Shown here in pieces: positions 43,321 to 55,908 of a stretch of 64,000 nt of DNA. A program made the position numbers and the translations under genes. The stretch lies in assembly GCF_009914755.1 (NCBI RefSeq), contig NC_060945.1; one strand, written 5' to 3'. This stretch comes from the human T2T-CHM13v2.0 reference genome, Homo sapiens. Numbering within the stretch: position 1 is the stretch's first letter; each line of letters begins with the position of its first letter. The notes under the pieces were generated by a model. The model saw only the letters and a list, made by a program, of their open reading frames with translations, had not been told where the DNA came from and made no database searches.

Positions 43321-45450
43321 AGGGCTGCTCTTAAATGATGAAACCAATGGGCTCTACAGCCTCAAATGCTGAGGGTCAAGCTGTGTCCTCTTCTGCCAAG
43401 AACAAGGAAGTGGTATGTCTGAGTGATATGTCATTGCTCATTGTCTGCCATAAGGTTGGGACAAAGAGCAGAGGTCTGGGCCTGGCTCTCAGCTTAGCCA
43501 GCCAGGCCCCCGGGCCAGGCTGAGTCACTGTGTCCTCACTGCTTAACCCAGGGTAGCAGTGCTCACTCTGCTTATCGCAGGGCAAGGGGCGATGGAGCTG
43601 CTATCTGGGAAACAGTTTGAAAACTGTGAAGGGCTCCACAGGCAAAGTGCCATTCTGTTTGTTTTAGTGGGGAATCACTCTAGGAAAAAATTAGGAGGAT
43701 TCTGGTCCTGAATCCTCTAGAAGTGTGCTCTGCGACTTTGGGCAAATCATTTAAACTGAAGATAGTAATGCTACTCAAAATCAGTAGTGTCACAGACGTG
43801 TCCACCTAGGAAAGGTATAAAGTACTATATAAATGTGAGGTTCTATCATTATTATAGTGTTTACCATTTCAGCAAAGTATTGTAAAAGACATTACATAAT
43901 GCATTTGCATCTTTTTACTGATAAAACTTCTACTATAAGCATTAGTATTTACTAACCAGCATTTTACATTTTCCTTTGAAAGGGCGAAATTCCTTCCGCA
44001 GAATTAAATCGTGTAATTTTTCCAACAGATATTTATTGAGTGCTGTGCATCAGGATTTATTCTAAGCATTGCAGGAAAGTAGTGAACAAAGCAGATATAA
44101 TTCCTTCCCTAATGGGGTGGAATTTGTGCTGTGGAGACAGAGAATTATTAAGGTAAAAAAGCAAAAGATAAAGAACGTAACGATAAGGGCTTAAGAAAAA
44201 AAAACTCATTCGGTGTCAGAAAGGAGTTGTTGAAATTTTAGGTGGGGTGGCCAGGGAAGGCTTCACCAAAGGTGACTATTTAGTAAAGATCTGGCAGCGG
44301 TGACAGTAGGAGTCACACGGACTCCTGGGAAGACCCTTCTAGGGAGAGGGAACAGCTCAGGAGGGAGTTGGCCTGGTGCCCAGAGCAGGAACTGAACATG
44401 GAGGCAGAGACTCAGTCATGTAACTGCTGGAGGCTGAGTCTCAGGGCCTCCAGGGGCGTGGCGGGCTTGGGCTCAGGCCTTTCTTCTGAGTCACACAAGA
44501 GCTGTTGGAGGGTTTTACCTGAGGACGGACAGGCTGACTGCCGTTTAAACAGGATCCCTCTGGCTGCTGTGTTGAGAATGGGTATCACGTTTAGAAGCCT
44601 TTTGAAATAAGTATTTGAATGCACAAGTCATACTGAAAGTCATTTTTTAAATGTCAAATGCTTGCCTTTTCCCCTAAACTAGAGCAGGTCATTCTTGCAG
44701 TGAAATAGTCCACTCACTTTTCTATAGTAGGATGAAAAGAAAGAAACGAGAAGGCACGACTTGCTGTATCTAGTCAAACATTCTTGCTACCAAGAAACAT
44801 TCACGCTCCGAGTGGAGAAGGGGCTGCCTGCATCTCGTGCCCTCTGGGTGAGCCCGGCTATGTCTTCCTTCACCACCCTCTGCTGGGAGGGTGGGAGCTG
44901 AGGGGACAAGGACACCTGAGAGAGGCCTGTGATGGGCTGCCCAGTGCCACCCAAGCCCCTACTGCACATCTTCCGCCCCAGCCCAGGTTGGTCCAGAAAA
45001 AGAACATCAAGTGTTGTTACCCAATTCTGGTGTCAAAGACACCCTAAGAGTCCTCCATTGCTACTGACCAGCAGTTTCACATGTACCTACAAACAGAAAT
45101 GGGGTAATTGGGTTTAATAAAAAAAAAAATACATTGGCCATAAAAAGGAATGAAGTTCATCCATGCAGTACATGCTACAGCACAAAAGAACCTTGAGAAT
45201 ATTATGTTCAGTGAAAGAAGGCAGTCACGAATGACCACATATTGTATGATTCCATTCTTATGAAGTGTCCAGAACACTTCATAAATCATAAGGCAAATCC
45301 ATAGTATCGGAAGGTAGATCCGTGGTTGCTTAGGGTTGGGGGTCGGAGGGATAATGGGGTGATAGCTAATCAAAACAGCTTTGTTTTTGAGGTGATGAAA
45401 ATGTTCTAAAAGGGACTTCGATAATGGTTGTACTTACCTGTGAATATTCT

Positions 45451-45792
<342 letters not shown>

Positions 45793-45842
45793 CTTACCTA
45801 TGAATATTCTAAAAACCGTTGGATTGTATAGTCTAAATGGGT

Positions 45843-46182
45843 TGCTATGGTCTGAATGCATGTGTCCCCTCAAAATTCCTATGTTGAAACCTAACCCCCG
45901 AGGTGATGGTGTTGAGGTGGGACCTTTAGGAGATAACAGATCATGATGGTGGGGTCCTCATGAATGGGATTCGTGCCCTTATGAATCAGGCCTGAGGAGC
46001 CCTTTATCCCTTCTGCCATGTGAGGACACAGCAAGAAACAGAGAGCCTCACCAGACACTGAATCTGCTGGTGCCTTGATCTTGGACCTCCCAGCCTCCCA
46101 AACTATGAGAAACAAATTTCTGTTGTTTACAAATTCCCCAGTCAAATGTATTTTGTCATAGCAGGAGAAGTGGACTAAGACA
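45843..46182 (+). mobile_element. MLT1A-like solo LTR
   Basis: TGCTATGGTCTGAATG...GACTAAGACA; 5-bp TSD TGGGT/TGGAT. Confidence 0.85.
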
Positions 46183-46530
46183 TGGATCAATTTTATGGTG
46201 AGTTATACGTCAGTAAAGGTGTTTCTATAGGTGTCTGTCACACACATATGCATACATAGATGCACAAACACACAAATACAATGCTCTTTTGTGACTTCTA
46301 AAAAAGTTTAATCACAAATGGAAGTATTTACACTCAGCCAGGAGAATCTGTAAACATGCCCTTTCAATTCCATTGTCAAACAAGAAAGAATGGTTTCAAG
46401 GCACTGAGACAGAGTGAGTACGACATGGAAACCCAACCCTACCTTGGGAGCAGGGGCTGACAACCCACCACTAGGATGTACCCTGTGTATCTGTAGTGCT
46501 GGCTCCCTGCACACAGGGCAAGGTCCCGTC

Positions 46531-46640
46531 CAGGACCATCTGCAGAATTTGCAAGGCCCAGTGCAAAATGAAAATGGGCCTCTTATGCAAAACTTATTAC
46601 AAATTTCAAGATGGTGACCACAAAGAATTAAGCCAAGTGT
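46531..46640 (+). mobile_element. MER45A-like hAT fragment
   Basis: AATTTGCAAGGCCCAGTGCAAAATGAAAATG...AATTTCAAGATGG. Confidence 0.6.
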
Positions 46641-49600
46641 TTCTTTACGCTTTTAAGAGGTATTTCCTTGCTAGAACTGGGGCAACTCCCATGGCGTTCA
46701 GTGAGAATCTTCCAGAAGATGAGGGCTGGTGTCCTATGCCTTAAGAGCTAAGAGTGGAGGTGCTGGCCCTCCTCTGGTTCTTCAACCTGCACCAAAGGGG
46801 CATGTCCCAGGTGGTGACCACTGGAATTTAGAGGTAAAGGCAGCATTTGCCTGGAGCAGAGAACACGAGGTGAGGCGGGATGACTCTACACCACAGCCAT
46901 AGATAAGAGGTACTAATAGCTCAGTCGGTCTGAAAGAGACACACTTAAAGTCATAAATGGGAAGACGTGGGTGGAAAGTCTTGCAGCAATTGGAAAGCCA
47001 TTCCACCAAAGACGTGTTATAACTTAAAAATATTCCAACTTCTGAATGATTTCTTTATACACCTGCTTAAGTCGGTGACATTATTCAGCCTTAACACTTT
47101 AATCCAAGTTTTATTTTGTCACCAAAATGTGAGTTAAGCTAACTTAATCATTTGCTAGACTGACTGGCACAGGAATGACTAACTCTTGGTTTGTGTGAAG
47201 ACTAGTGGTTCAGTCTTCTAGTTAGCAAAATACATAAGCCGATGCACTGAGGATTATTCAGTTCCATGCATACTGTTGGAATCATTTTGTGATTCAGACA
47301 AAAACACACAACTATAAAATCATATATCTGTACACGTCTGACTCAGTTCAGACACATTTATTTAGGGATTATCAGTTTTACAGAATACAACGGGTCGTTA
47401 TTACTATTTTGGTTGTTCAGACTTGCCTAAAGCACGTCACTGTGCAGTTTGATATCATGGTGGATTTTCAAGCGGTTTATACCCTCCCAGAGTACTGCCT
47501 TATAAGGGAAAATGACTGTGTCAGGGTGGCAGTGTGCTGGACGAGGGGGCAGGAGGCCTGGAGTGTGGCCCCAGCTTCGCCAGGAAATAGGCATTTGACC
47601 CTGGGCAAGGAATTGATCCTCCCTGGGTCTCAGTTTCTGCATCTTACAAACCAGAGTTGGTCTGAGCCATCAGCTCTCTGAAGTTTTTTCCAGTTTTAAA
47701 ATCCAATGTTTCATTTTCTCGTTTCTGACCACCAAAGGCAAGAAAAACATAGTCAAAGACACCATGGTTCCCATTGACAGCACTGGGATTGATTTTATAC
47801 CTTGTTGTCAACCAAAAGTGCCAGTGCAGGGCAGCAGTGATCAGCGATGCCCGCAGGAGACCAAGACTTCCAGGGCCAGGGGACCTGCTACTTATTTATC
47901 ACACACTTAATGACACGCCAGACACTGTTCTAAGTGCTTGGGAGACATTAACAGAGGGAGGCCCCGAGGGGCCCACAGGTGGCCTGCTAGGGAATGGCTG
48001 GGCGGGATTTGACCCCAGGCAGTCTGGGCCCACAGGCTGCCCTTCAGAGGTGAAGACGGTAGCCCTAGCTGGGTAACCATGTCTTCATGCCCACAGGGAG
48101 TGCAAGGGACAAAGGAGGCTGACAAGGAGCAGAAGGAATTAGAAAGGAGCATTAGCAACGTTTTTGACCACCAGCAGAATACCCTATCTGCCATTCCAAG
48201 GAATCTCACAGAAAAGACTAGACACTGGCCAACTCTTGCATAATCTGGGTCCACCCTGATGGAGCAGGAGGCAGCTCCACGGCCCCACATCTGCCTAGGA
48301 TTCTTGGTAGCTGGGCCAGCCTGCAAATGGGCAAGGTTGGTTGGATTCGGAGGTGGGCGGAAGTGTGGGTTAAGCTTATCAAGTCCTTGACCCCAACATA
48401 TATCAGTGAAATAGCCACCACTGCCAGACACCCCAGCAGGCCAGATGCAGGCGGCAGCTTACACATGAGGAAATGATTTCTATCTCTAGGTTCATTCTTT
48501 TCTTCCTCCACTCCTTACCAAAGTCTCACTGTGCATGTGATTTTAACTGAACTGTGCACTTCACTTTTACTTCTTGAGGGCGGGAACTAACTAAGCCTTA
48601 ATCATATTTGTCTTCTCAGCATCTGACTCTGTGTTTGCTAAGTGAATGAATGATGCACTTCGGACCAAATGACGTCTGTTTAACTTGCAACTGGAAACCA
48701 CCACAAACTGCCTGTTGACTACTGATTTGGATTTTAAGGTAAATACAGACATGTTTCTAAGGAGACGTTTTTGTGTGTGTTTTTTTTCAAAGGATGACTT
48801 CGTAAGCTAGCTAATCATTTCTCATAATTATGTCTGGATTCTAAAGAATTCTTTTTCTGCATTTTACTCTCTAGATATTTCATGTTCGTAACACATATAT
48901 TCTACTGTAATATCCCTTTTCCTCCTCTCTTCTGTGAATGTCCCTCTTTCTTAAGGGGAAAGTGTTAACATTGCTCATAACTCAGTCTGCCATAGCGCAT
49001 CTGATCACTCCACCCTGTGCACCTTCTGACTTTTAATTTCCTTCCAACACCCTCGACTTTTGATCTCCAAGCACAAGGGCTATACTTTTATTTATTAGGT
49101 TTAATTTACTGTAAAGCTCATTGTTCCCTGTGAATCGCACGATAACAGTCAATGAATAATCACTGGCTTCAGCCAGACTGCTTTTTAATTCTGCTGAGTA
49201 ACTGGCAAGCCAACTAGTATTAAGGACAAAAATGTAAGGAACCCTGATATTGCCCCAGAACTAGGATAAGCCATTTTATTATGAACATGTGACTGCCCTC
49301 GTGCAGAGGTGGATCAGCTACAGGGCAGGACCCAGGGCAAGGGGGCTGCTTGGGGCAGCCTCAGACTCTTTGGAAGGGGAAATAGGGAGGACCAGGGACC
49401 TGGGTGGGAGGCAGGAGCTTAGGCTTACGATGACCCCAGCACACAGGCCCAGCTTCCTCTTCCCACAGCCTCCCTGCCGTCTTAGCTCTGCCATTTGGTC
49501 TTCCGGCCGGGATCCCTTTCCCAAGGCTTTCACACATTTAAACCCGCGAGGGGCAGGACTTTTTTTTTTTTTTTCGTGTATATGATAGTTTTTTCAAAAT

Positions 49601-50962
49601 GTTTTCTATAAAATCCTCCCTGAGGAGAGCTTGGAAAAAGATTCTTAATAGCTAGATCATTTTGAGTCCTTCTCTACCATGTACTCAACACTCTAATATA
49701 TTCTGCACATTTGGTTCTATGTCATTTGCCATAGTCTTAAGGACGTAGGTTCCATAATCATCCCTTATTCTGTAGAGGAGGCCCAAGGTTAGTGAGCAGA
49801 GGAAGGTTCCACTGTCGGGAACCGGTGGTCTTCAAACTCCTGTGCTCCTCTTTTGATATCTTTCTGCTCATATATGTTGGAAACAGCCCAGCATGAGCAA
49901 AGCACCACCTCCTAGCCCCCAGCCTGTGCCAGCCCTGCAAAGAGGAAATATGGCTCCACTCAGGGAGCCCATCAGCGACTCAGGGAGCCCTGGAGCACCT
50001 GGCACTCAGCACCCATGAACACGAGGGCAGGCATGGTGGGACAAGGCAGTCTGCTTGGGGCAAGTGAGCTTCGGGAAGTAGCTGAGCTTTGGGGAGCAGC
50101 TGTCTATACCCAGCTTCTCAGGGCTGTGCAAGTAGCCTGAGGGAGAAAGACCCTATATTAGCTGAAACTGCAGCCCAGATGAGTCAGTATTTTCTGCTAC
50201 GGTTTTTTAAAAAAATAGTAACATACTCATGTCTCCATGGTAACTTACTATGGATCTGTATTCCATTTATGGAACTCTTTCTTGACCTATCTGTGTTCTC
50301 TAATCTGGGCCTGAATATACACTGAGAAGCCATCAGAATCAATTCAGTCTCCAAGAAATAATCACTTCCCCTATACGTGATTGTTTCAGCCGTATAGATT
50401 CTGACTGTGACTCATGCCACGGTGATACCCGGAGACCTTCGGGGACCCAGAAACATTAAGGTGCACCGATATCTCAATTATCCGGATAACTCTAGACCTA
50501 GAGTCACCATGGAAACCTAGAACCCTGAGTCACAGAGAAGCTGGGCCATTCCTCTCCCTTCCCGGTGGTGCCGCAGTTCTTGAGATGTGAGCAGCTTTCA
50601 GCCCCGTGGCCTCGCCTAAGCTGGGGTTTCCTATTTCATCCACAACTTCAGGAATCTAAACTTTCCTGCAAAATATTGAGCATGTGACCTGAGTCCAAAC
50701 AGCCATGGACTCAAGCACCTTCTGATAAAAACGGAAACCACAGTGTAGGGGGTGGTTTTGACCAGGGTTTCGGAGTCAGATAAACTCAGGTTTCCACCTT
50801 GAATTTCTCATCAATCTGACGTGGCAGGTTATTCATCCTAAGGTTCAGTTCCCACCTGTGTAAAGTGGGAGCCGCAAGTCCTCCGAGAGTGACGATGATG
50901 TGCGTGGAGTGCCCAGCCCAGATTGAAGCGCGGCCAAGGCGGGTCGCTATCTGGGCACCGCT

Positions 50963-50980
50963 CAGCTCCAGAGGGCGCCA
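50963..50980 (+). promoter_or_regulatory. CTCF-like motif upstream of the TSS
   Basis: CAGCTCCAGAGGGCGCCA matches the AGRKGGCRS core, with mismatches in the 5' part. Confidence 0.4.
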
Positions 50981-51140
50981 CTCCCGCGGAGCCTGCGGGA
51001 TCGGGGCTTCCCGGGAGCAGCGCGATCAGCACCACGACTCGGGGACACAGCCAGGGCCCGGTTTCTACAGGAAGCGCCTCATTTGGAGCCTTTTTGTGAT
51101 AGAATGATCATTAGTCCTAAGCCCATTCAGAGGTTCAAGA

Positions 51141-51410
51141 ATGGGGTCGGCTCAATTTCAGGGCCTTATTACCCAAGCCCGGCTGCCCTTCGGTGCCACC
51201 AGCACCACTGCTCCGTCGCTGCGGAATTCCAAAGGCAGGTTTGGCGTTAGGGCCTTGGCCCCAGAGAGGACGCCGAGCGCTCCACGGAAAGTCTCCGCCC
51301 GGCTCCCAGGGCGCACACTCGCGCGCACGTGGGGCCGAGGCCCTGCTCCCGGGGCCTCAGGGCCAGCCGGCGAGGGACCCAGCCGAGTGACAGCAGGAGG
51401 CGGAGGGAAG
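51141..51410 (+). CDS. ETS2: Putative upstream coding exon of an N-terminally extended ETS2 isoform (90 codons)
   Basis: ATG at 51141 in strong Kozak context (A at -3, G at +4); the open frame is in phase with exon 2; candidate donor AAG|GTTGGG at 51411. See findings. Confidence 0.55.
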
Positions 51411-51430
51411 GTTGGGCCGGAAGGTGTCAG

Positions 51431-51694
51431 CCCCGCCCCGCGCTCCCTCGCCGCCTCCGCCCTCCTCTTCTCTCCCCTCGTGCGTTCCCTCTCCTCTCCC
51501 TCCGCTCCCCCAACCCTCCTGCTGCCCCCTTCCCTCTCCTCCCGCTTCTCCCCATCCTGCCTACCTCCCTTCCCCTCCTCTTCTCTCTCCTCCCCTTCCC
51601 TCCCCTCTCTCTTCTCTCCTCCCTCGTTTCCTCCCCTCCCCTCCACTCGGCCGTCCCTCCTTCCTCCTCCCTCCTCCCTCCTCCTCCCGCTCCT
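51431..51694 (+). promoter_or_regulatory. Polypyrimidine/polypurine (CT) tract of the ETS2 promoter
   Basis: About 260 nt that are almost entirely C/T on the + strand; uninterrupted pyrimidines at 51564-51625. Confidence 0.9.
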
Positions 51695-51699
51695 GAAGA

Positions 51700-51914
51700 G
51701 CGCGCCGCGTGGGGGACGGCCCGGTTACTTCCTCCAGAGACTGACGAGTGCGGTGTCGCTCCAGCTCAGAGCTCCCGGAGCCGCCCGGCCAGCGTCCGGC
51801 CTCCCTGATCGTCTCTGGCCGGCGCCCTCGCCCTCGCCCGGCGCGCACCGAGCAGCCGCGGGCGCCGAGCAGCCACCGTCCCGACCAAGCGCCGGCCCTG
51901 CCCGCAGCGGCAGG
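51700..51914 (+). other. ETS2: ETS2 non-coding exon 1 (5' UTR); the 5' boundary is approximate (TATA-less, dispersed TSS)
   Basis: GC-rich, ATG-free segment downstream of the CT tract, ending in the donor CAGG|GTAAGA (GT 51915-16). Splicing to 55837 gives gcaggATGA. Confidence 0.85.
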
Positions 51915-54375
51915 GTAAGAGCTGGGCCCGCAGAGAGCGCCCGGCGCGCGGCTCCAGTCCCATGGAGGGTCACCCGGGGCCTGGGCGGGGGTCGCGGGGG
52001 GCACTGACACGCAGATCTCGGGGCGCTGCCGGGGGTGCAGGTGGGGGTGGCGGCTGCTGCGAGGACTCTAGGGGCGCGCGTCTGAGTTCCGCGCCGGCTC
52101 GTTTTCCGGTTATGGAGTGGCCTCCGGGGCTGGCGGGGTCGGCCGGGGGGTTCCTGCGTGCTAGGGCCGCTGTCTTCGGGGTCGCCTAGCGGCGGGCGCG
52201 GCCAGGGCGCGCTGGCTTGTTTCGCTCGCTTTTGTTTTTAAAAGGAAACGCAGGCCTGGTAGGGGGTCCTGCCCAGTGGATGTCCCGGCGAACATGATTT
52301 CGCGAACGGGAGTGGGGGCACAGGAGAGCGTGTCCGAGGTGGCCTGGCGCCCCGGCTTTGAGGGTGACTTCCTGGAGCGGCGCCGGGCCCGGAGGATCTG
52401 GGGCGCCCAAGACACCTGAAGGCTGCGGCACCGCGGGAACCTGCGGGGCGCGGGGTGCCATGGTCACCTGCTCGCCGCGTCCAGGGCCCGGGCTGGGGAC
52501 CCCTCGGTCGTGCGAGGAGAGCGTGGGGAACCTGTCGGAAATGAGATCTGGTTGCGCTGGGCTGCCTTTATTTTCTCGTTCCTACAGCATTTGAATGAAG
52601 AGGTAACTGAGTGTTTGCTTGTGTGTGTTTGGGTTGCGTGTGTGTTATCCTATTTTATTTTTTACGGCAGGAGACCTTTTATGTTAGCCTGTACACAATT
52701 TCAGGGTAGCCTAAAACAGTAGTTGACGCGCTAGTTATTTAGAAAGTAAAGAAATGAGCAGTCCCCTTTGGAGACAGGAGTAATTTATTTTAATTCGCCA
52801 GTAAGAGATTATATTTGTTCCATACAATGGAAGCGCCTGTGCGTTATCTGCCTGCCCACACCACCACCAATCAGAGAGATAAATCTCCACGTTAAGCTTT
52901 ATTAAAATTCTGAGTAGTAGCGCAGCACAGTAAATGTTAGCACCGACCATCCGCAGGGAAATGCTCAGATACTCATTTCTGGGATTAGTCATTCATCTCT
53001 CTAAACTGATCGCTTTCAAAGCGAAAAAAGCAAACTACCTTCAAATGTGTGTTACAAGGTTGTGTTGTTTCTTTTTTTTGTTTGTTTTCAAATTTATCTA
53101 AATAATCTTACATAAGTGATTACTTGTTCCAATAAGGGTACTGTTGTCAGGCAAATTCTCCTTGTTTTTAAATGTAACCATTCTCAGCTGTTACATTTCT
53201 GCTCTTTATCCTTTTTTTTTTTTTTTTTTTTGGTTTAAAAGCAGCGATCCATCAGCAACACCAAACTTGAAATTGATTTATGTGGAAAAACTTGGCTTGT
53301 CTGCCATCTAACAAGCCCTGTTGAGTAAAATAAGCAAGCTTAAATTTGATTAGTTGTGTGTCTGCCTGAAACCATTTAGTAGAGCACTTTAATTCTGCAT
53401 GGTTTTTACAAAACTCATTAAAAGCTGGACAACAAAAGAATTCTATTCTGTAGCTAGTAATTACAGCTCTTTATGTGGGAGTGGTAGGCTGCCTTTTCTC
53501 CTGGTATTTGTACACAAAAGCTGGGGAGAGCTTTTCCACTGCCTTCCACATTCATTCTCTGTCCATCTCAGAGAAGCTGAAAAACAGAATCAAGTCAGCA
53601 AGCAGTCTGCAAGCCTAAGGAAGAAAAAGAGCTGACCCATCCGGCTCTGGATGGATAACTGGCAACACCCAAGATGTCTATGATTTTGGCCTTCTGTTTG
53701 AGGCTTGTTTATTTCTTTAATCAGCAGCTACCAGGACTTATTTCATGCAGAGAAATGACATAAAGCTCTAGAGGAAGGAGCATTTCACATTGGAAGGAGT
53801 AGTGAGAAGGGCCTGATCTGATAATATCAGGATGGGTGGGAAGGGTCCATTCCTCATCATTCATGTTCTCCCGGCACAGAGGACTGTGTGGAGGACTCAG
53901 GATTTAGGACCATACTCAACTGGGGTTTGATCTCCACTTTGCCCTGCGGTGGCCCCTCTGGTAGCTATGTGGATCCTGGGCAGATTGTCCATGTTGCTGG
54001 GCCTCCGTTGCTTCACTGTATGACGTCTGCCTCTCAGGGATGCAGGAAGATTCAATTAGGTAGGAGTGGATGGTCCCCCAGCACGGGGCTTAGCTCTTAG
54101 TAACTAGGCATTCTGGCAATGGCAGCCATCAATAGGAGAGACTATTGATTGTTGAGTGAATATAAGTGGCATAATCCACCAAGTGGAGATTCTGAGTGAA
54201 TGTGGCCACTTTGGACCCAAGACTGCTGCCCCTCTCTGTCCTCTCATAGGACTAATATTTATTGCCAGTGCTGACCAGCCTTTGTTGGCTACCATGATCA
54301 TTACCTGCACTCCGAGTGTTTTAACAGAATTTTCTGATGCCTCTGGCCTCACCTGCTGCCTTTTAGCCAAGAGGG

Positions 54376-54381
54376 GTGTGT

Positions 54382-54419
<38 letters not shown>
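54376..54419. repeat. (GT)n microsatellite in ETS2 intron 1
   Basis: About 22 units with one AT interruption. Confidence 0.95.
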
Positions 54420-54420
<1 letters not shown>

Positions 54421-55836
54421 GGGTGTGTGTTGGGTAGCAGGGTTCTTGGAAGGTCTGGTTTAGCCATAATGTTGATCATAAAGAGAAAACAAGAAAATAA
54501 ATGCAAATTAAATAGTTCGGTGAGCCTTTGTTATTTCGCCACATCCAGTAAGTTCTATCAGTTGAATGTTGTCTGAATTACTTAAAAAGTTCTCAGTTGT
54601 AAACAGGTAAGAGCACCCAGTGGAGGCCATGGAGCTAGGCTTAGAGCTTTGCCACCAGCCTTCAGTTCCATAGCCATGAACCTGGGAGGGCAAGGAATCA
54701 CCCTAGAGGTGAAGGCCATTCATCGGTGCTAACCCAAGGTCTCTGAAAATGAGTTTTAGTTGCTCTGTTATCTAAGTATCTTTCTTACTGATATGTAACT
54801 TACCTGGCTGAACAATTACATTTTAGAGCTCCAAATAAATTTTCAGCCTATTATGTCATTGTCCAATTACAAGCCTCATTGTAATAGCCATGTTAAAAAC
54901 AATAAAGCCGGTGAAATTGATTTCAGTGTATTTCAAATTAACCTAATATATTCGAAATATTATGTATGTATAAAAATTATTGAGCTTTTTTCTTTTTTCC
55001 ACTAAGTCTTTGAGAGCTAGTGTGTATGTGTGGATTTGTACTAGCCACTGGTTGAGAGCTCTGTAGCCACACATGGCAAGTGGGTACCATATTGCTTAGC
55101 CCAGGCCTAGTAGAAGATTAAGACTCAGTCAGAGGAAGTAAGGCAGATCCGTGCTTGGAATCAGTTCCTCTTGAAGAAGTGCACAGCCAAGCAACACACA
55201 AAGCAGAAATATTTTGAGCTCTGTATTCAAAGCAGGAAGATCTGGGACCATGTAAGGGGGTTTGGTCTTCAGTTCTCCCTTTGATCCCTTCCCTGGGTGT
55301 GTGCTTTCTTACAGCCTGGAGAGTGGAAGGGAAGAGAGGGGGCTTCCTGGACTCCTTTCCTGTCTCTAGAAATGACCCCTGCAGCTGTCCTGAAGCTCTC
55401 AGGTTAAGCTGATTGTGTCCAGAGCAGACAGGAGGCGGCCCACTGCCCCACTGTACCCACCCAAGCACTCACCTAAGCTGGCCATGGAAATGTGAATGAA
55501 AAGCCTGACCCAGGCCCTCTTGCCCTGCTAACCCAGCAAGGAGGCTCTGACCAGCCAGCCAGCAAGTGACTTTTTCTGTGACATCTAAGTGGAATTCAGT
55601 GAGGAATCAGCATTATTATTCAATCACTGAAACAGCATATCCCGTTGTGATACTGAGAAATGCTTTCCTCTTGAGACCTTTGGGAGGACAGCCATTTAAA
55701 CAAGAATTCCCTGCATTCACTTTTGAATTACCTGTTAGCTGTAGAACTCAGCCAGGATCAAGTCTTGATGCCACCAATGATGAGTTTAGTGTACTTAATC
55801 TTTTGCCTCTTTGACTTTTTTTTTTTCTTTTTTAAG

Positions 55837-55908
55837 ATGAATGATTTCGGAATCAAGAATATGGACCAGGTAGCCCCTGTGGCTAACAGTTACAGAGGGA
55901 CACTCAAG
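55837..55908 (+). CDS. ETS2: ETS2 coding exon (exon 2), aa 1-24; the exon begins exactly at the start ATG
   Basis: A poly-T tract and AG (55835-36) precede ATG AAT GAT TTC..., which translates as MNDFGIKNMDQVAPVANSYRGTLK, the recognised ETS2 N-terminus. Donor GTGAGT at 55909; 72 nt, phase 0. Confidence 0.97.

Larger units (their letters stand above)
50860..52560. promoter_or_regulatory. CpG island / ETS2 promoter
   Basis: Very high GC and CpG density compared with the CpG-depleted flanks; GC boxes (e.g. CCCCGCCCC ~51431); no TATA box; ETS core ACTTCC at 51727-32. Confidence 0.92.

Noticed and set aside
47907-48511. 174-aa and 97-aa minus-strand ORFs
   Set aside because: No homology recognised and no coherent splice or coding signals.
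51158-52594. Multiple overlapping ORFs on both strands in the CpG island (other than the frame starting at 51141)
   Set aside because: Expected from stop-codon depletion in GC/CT-rich DNA; the products are low-complexity and not in frame with ETS2.
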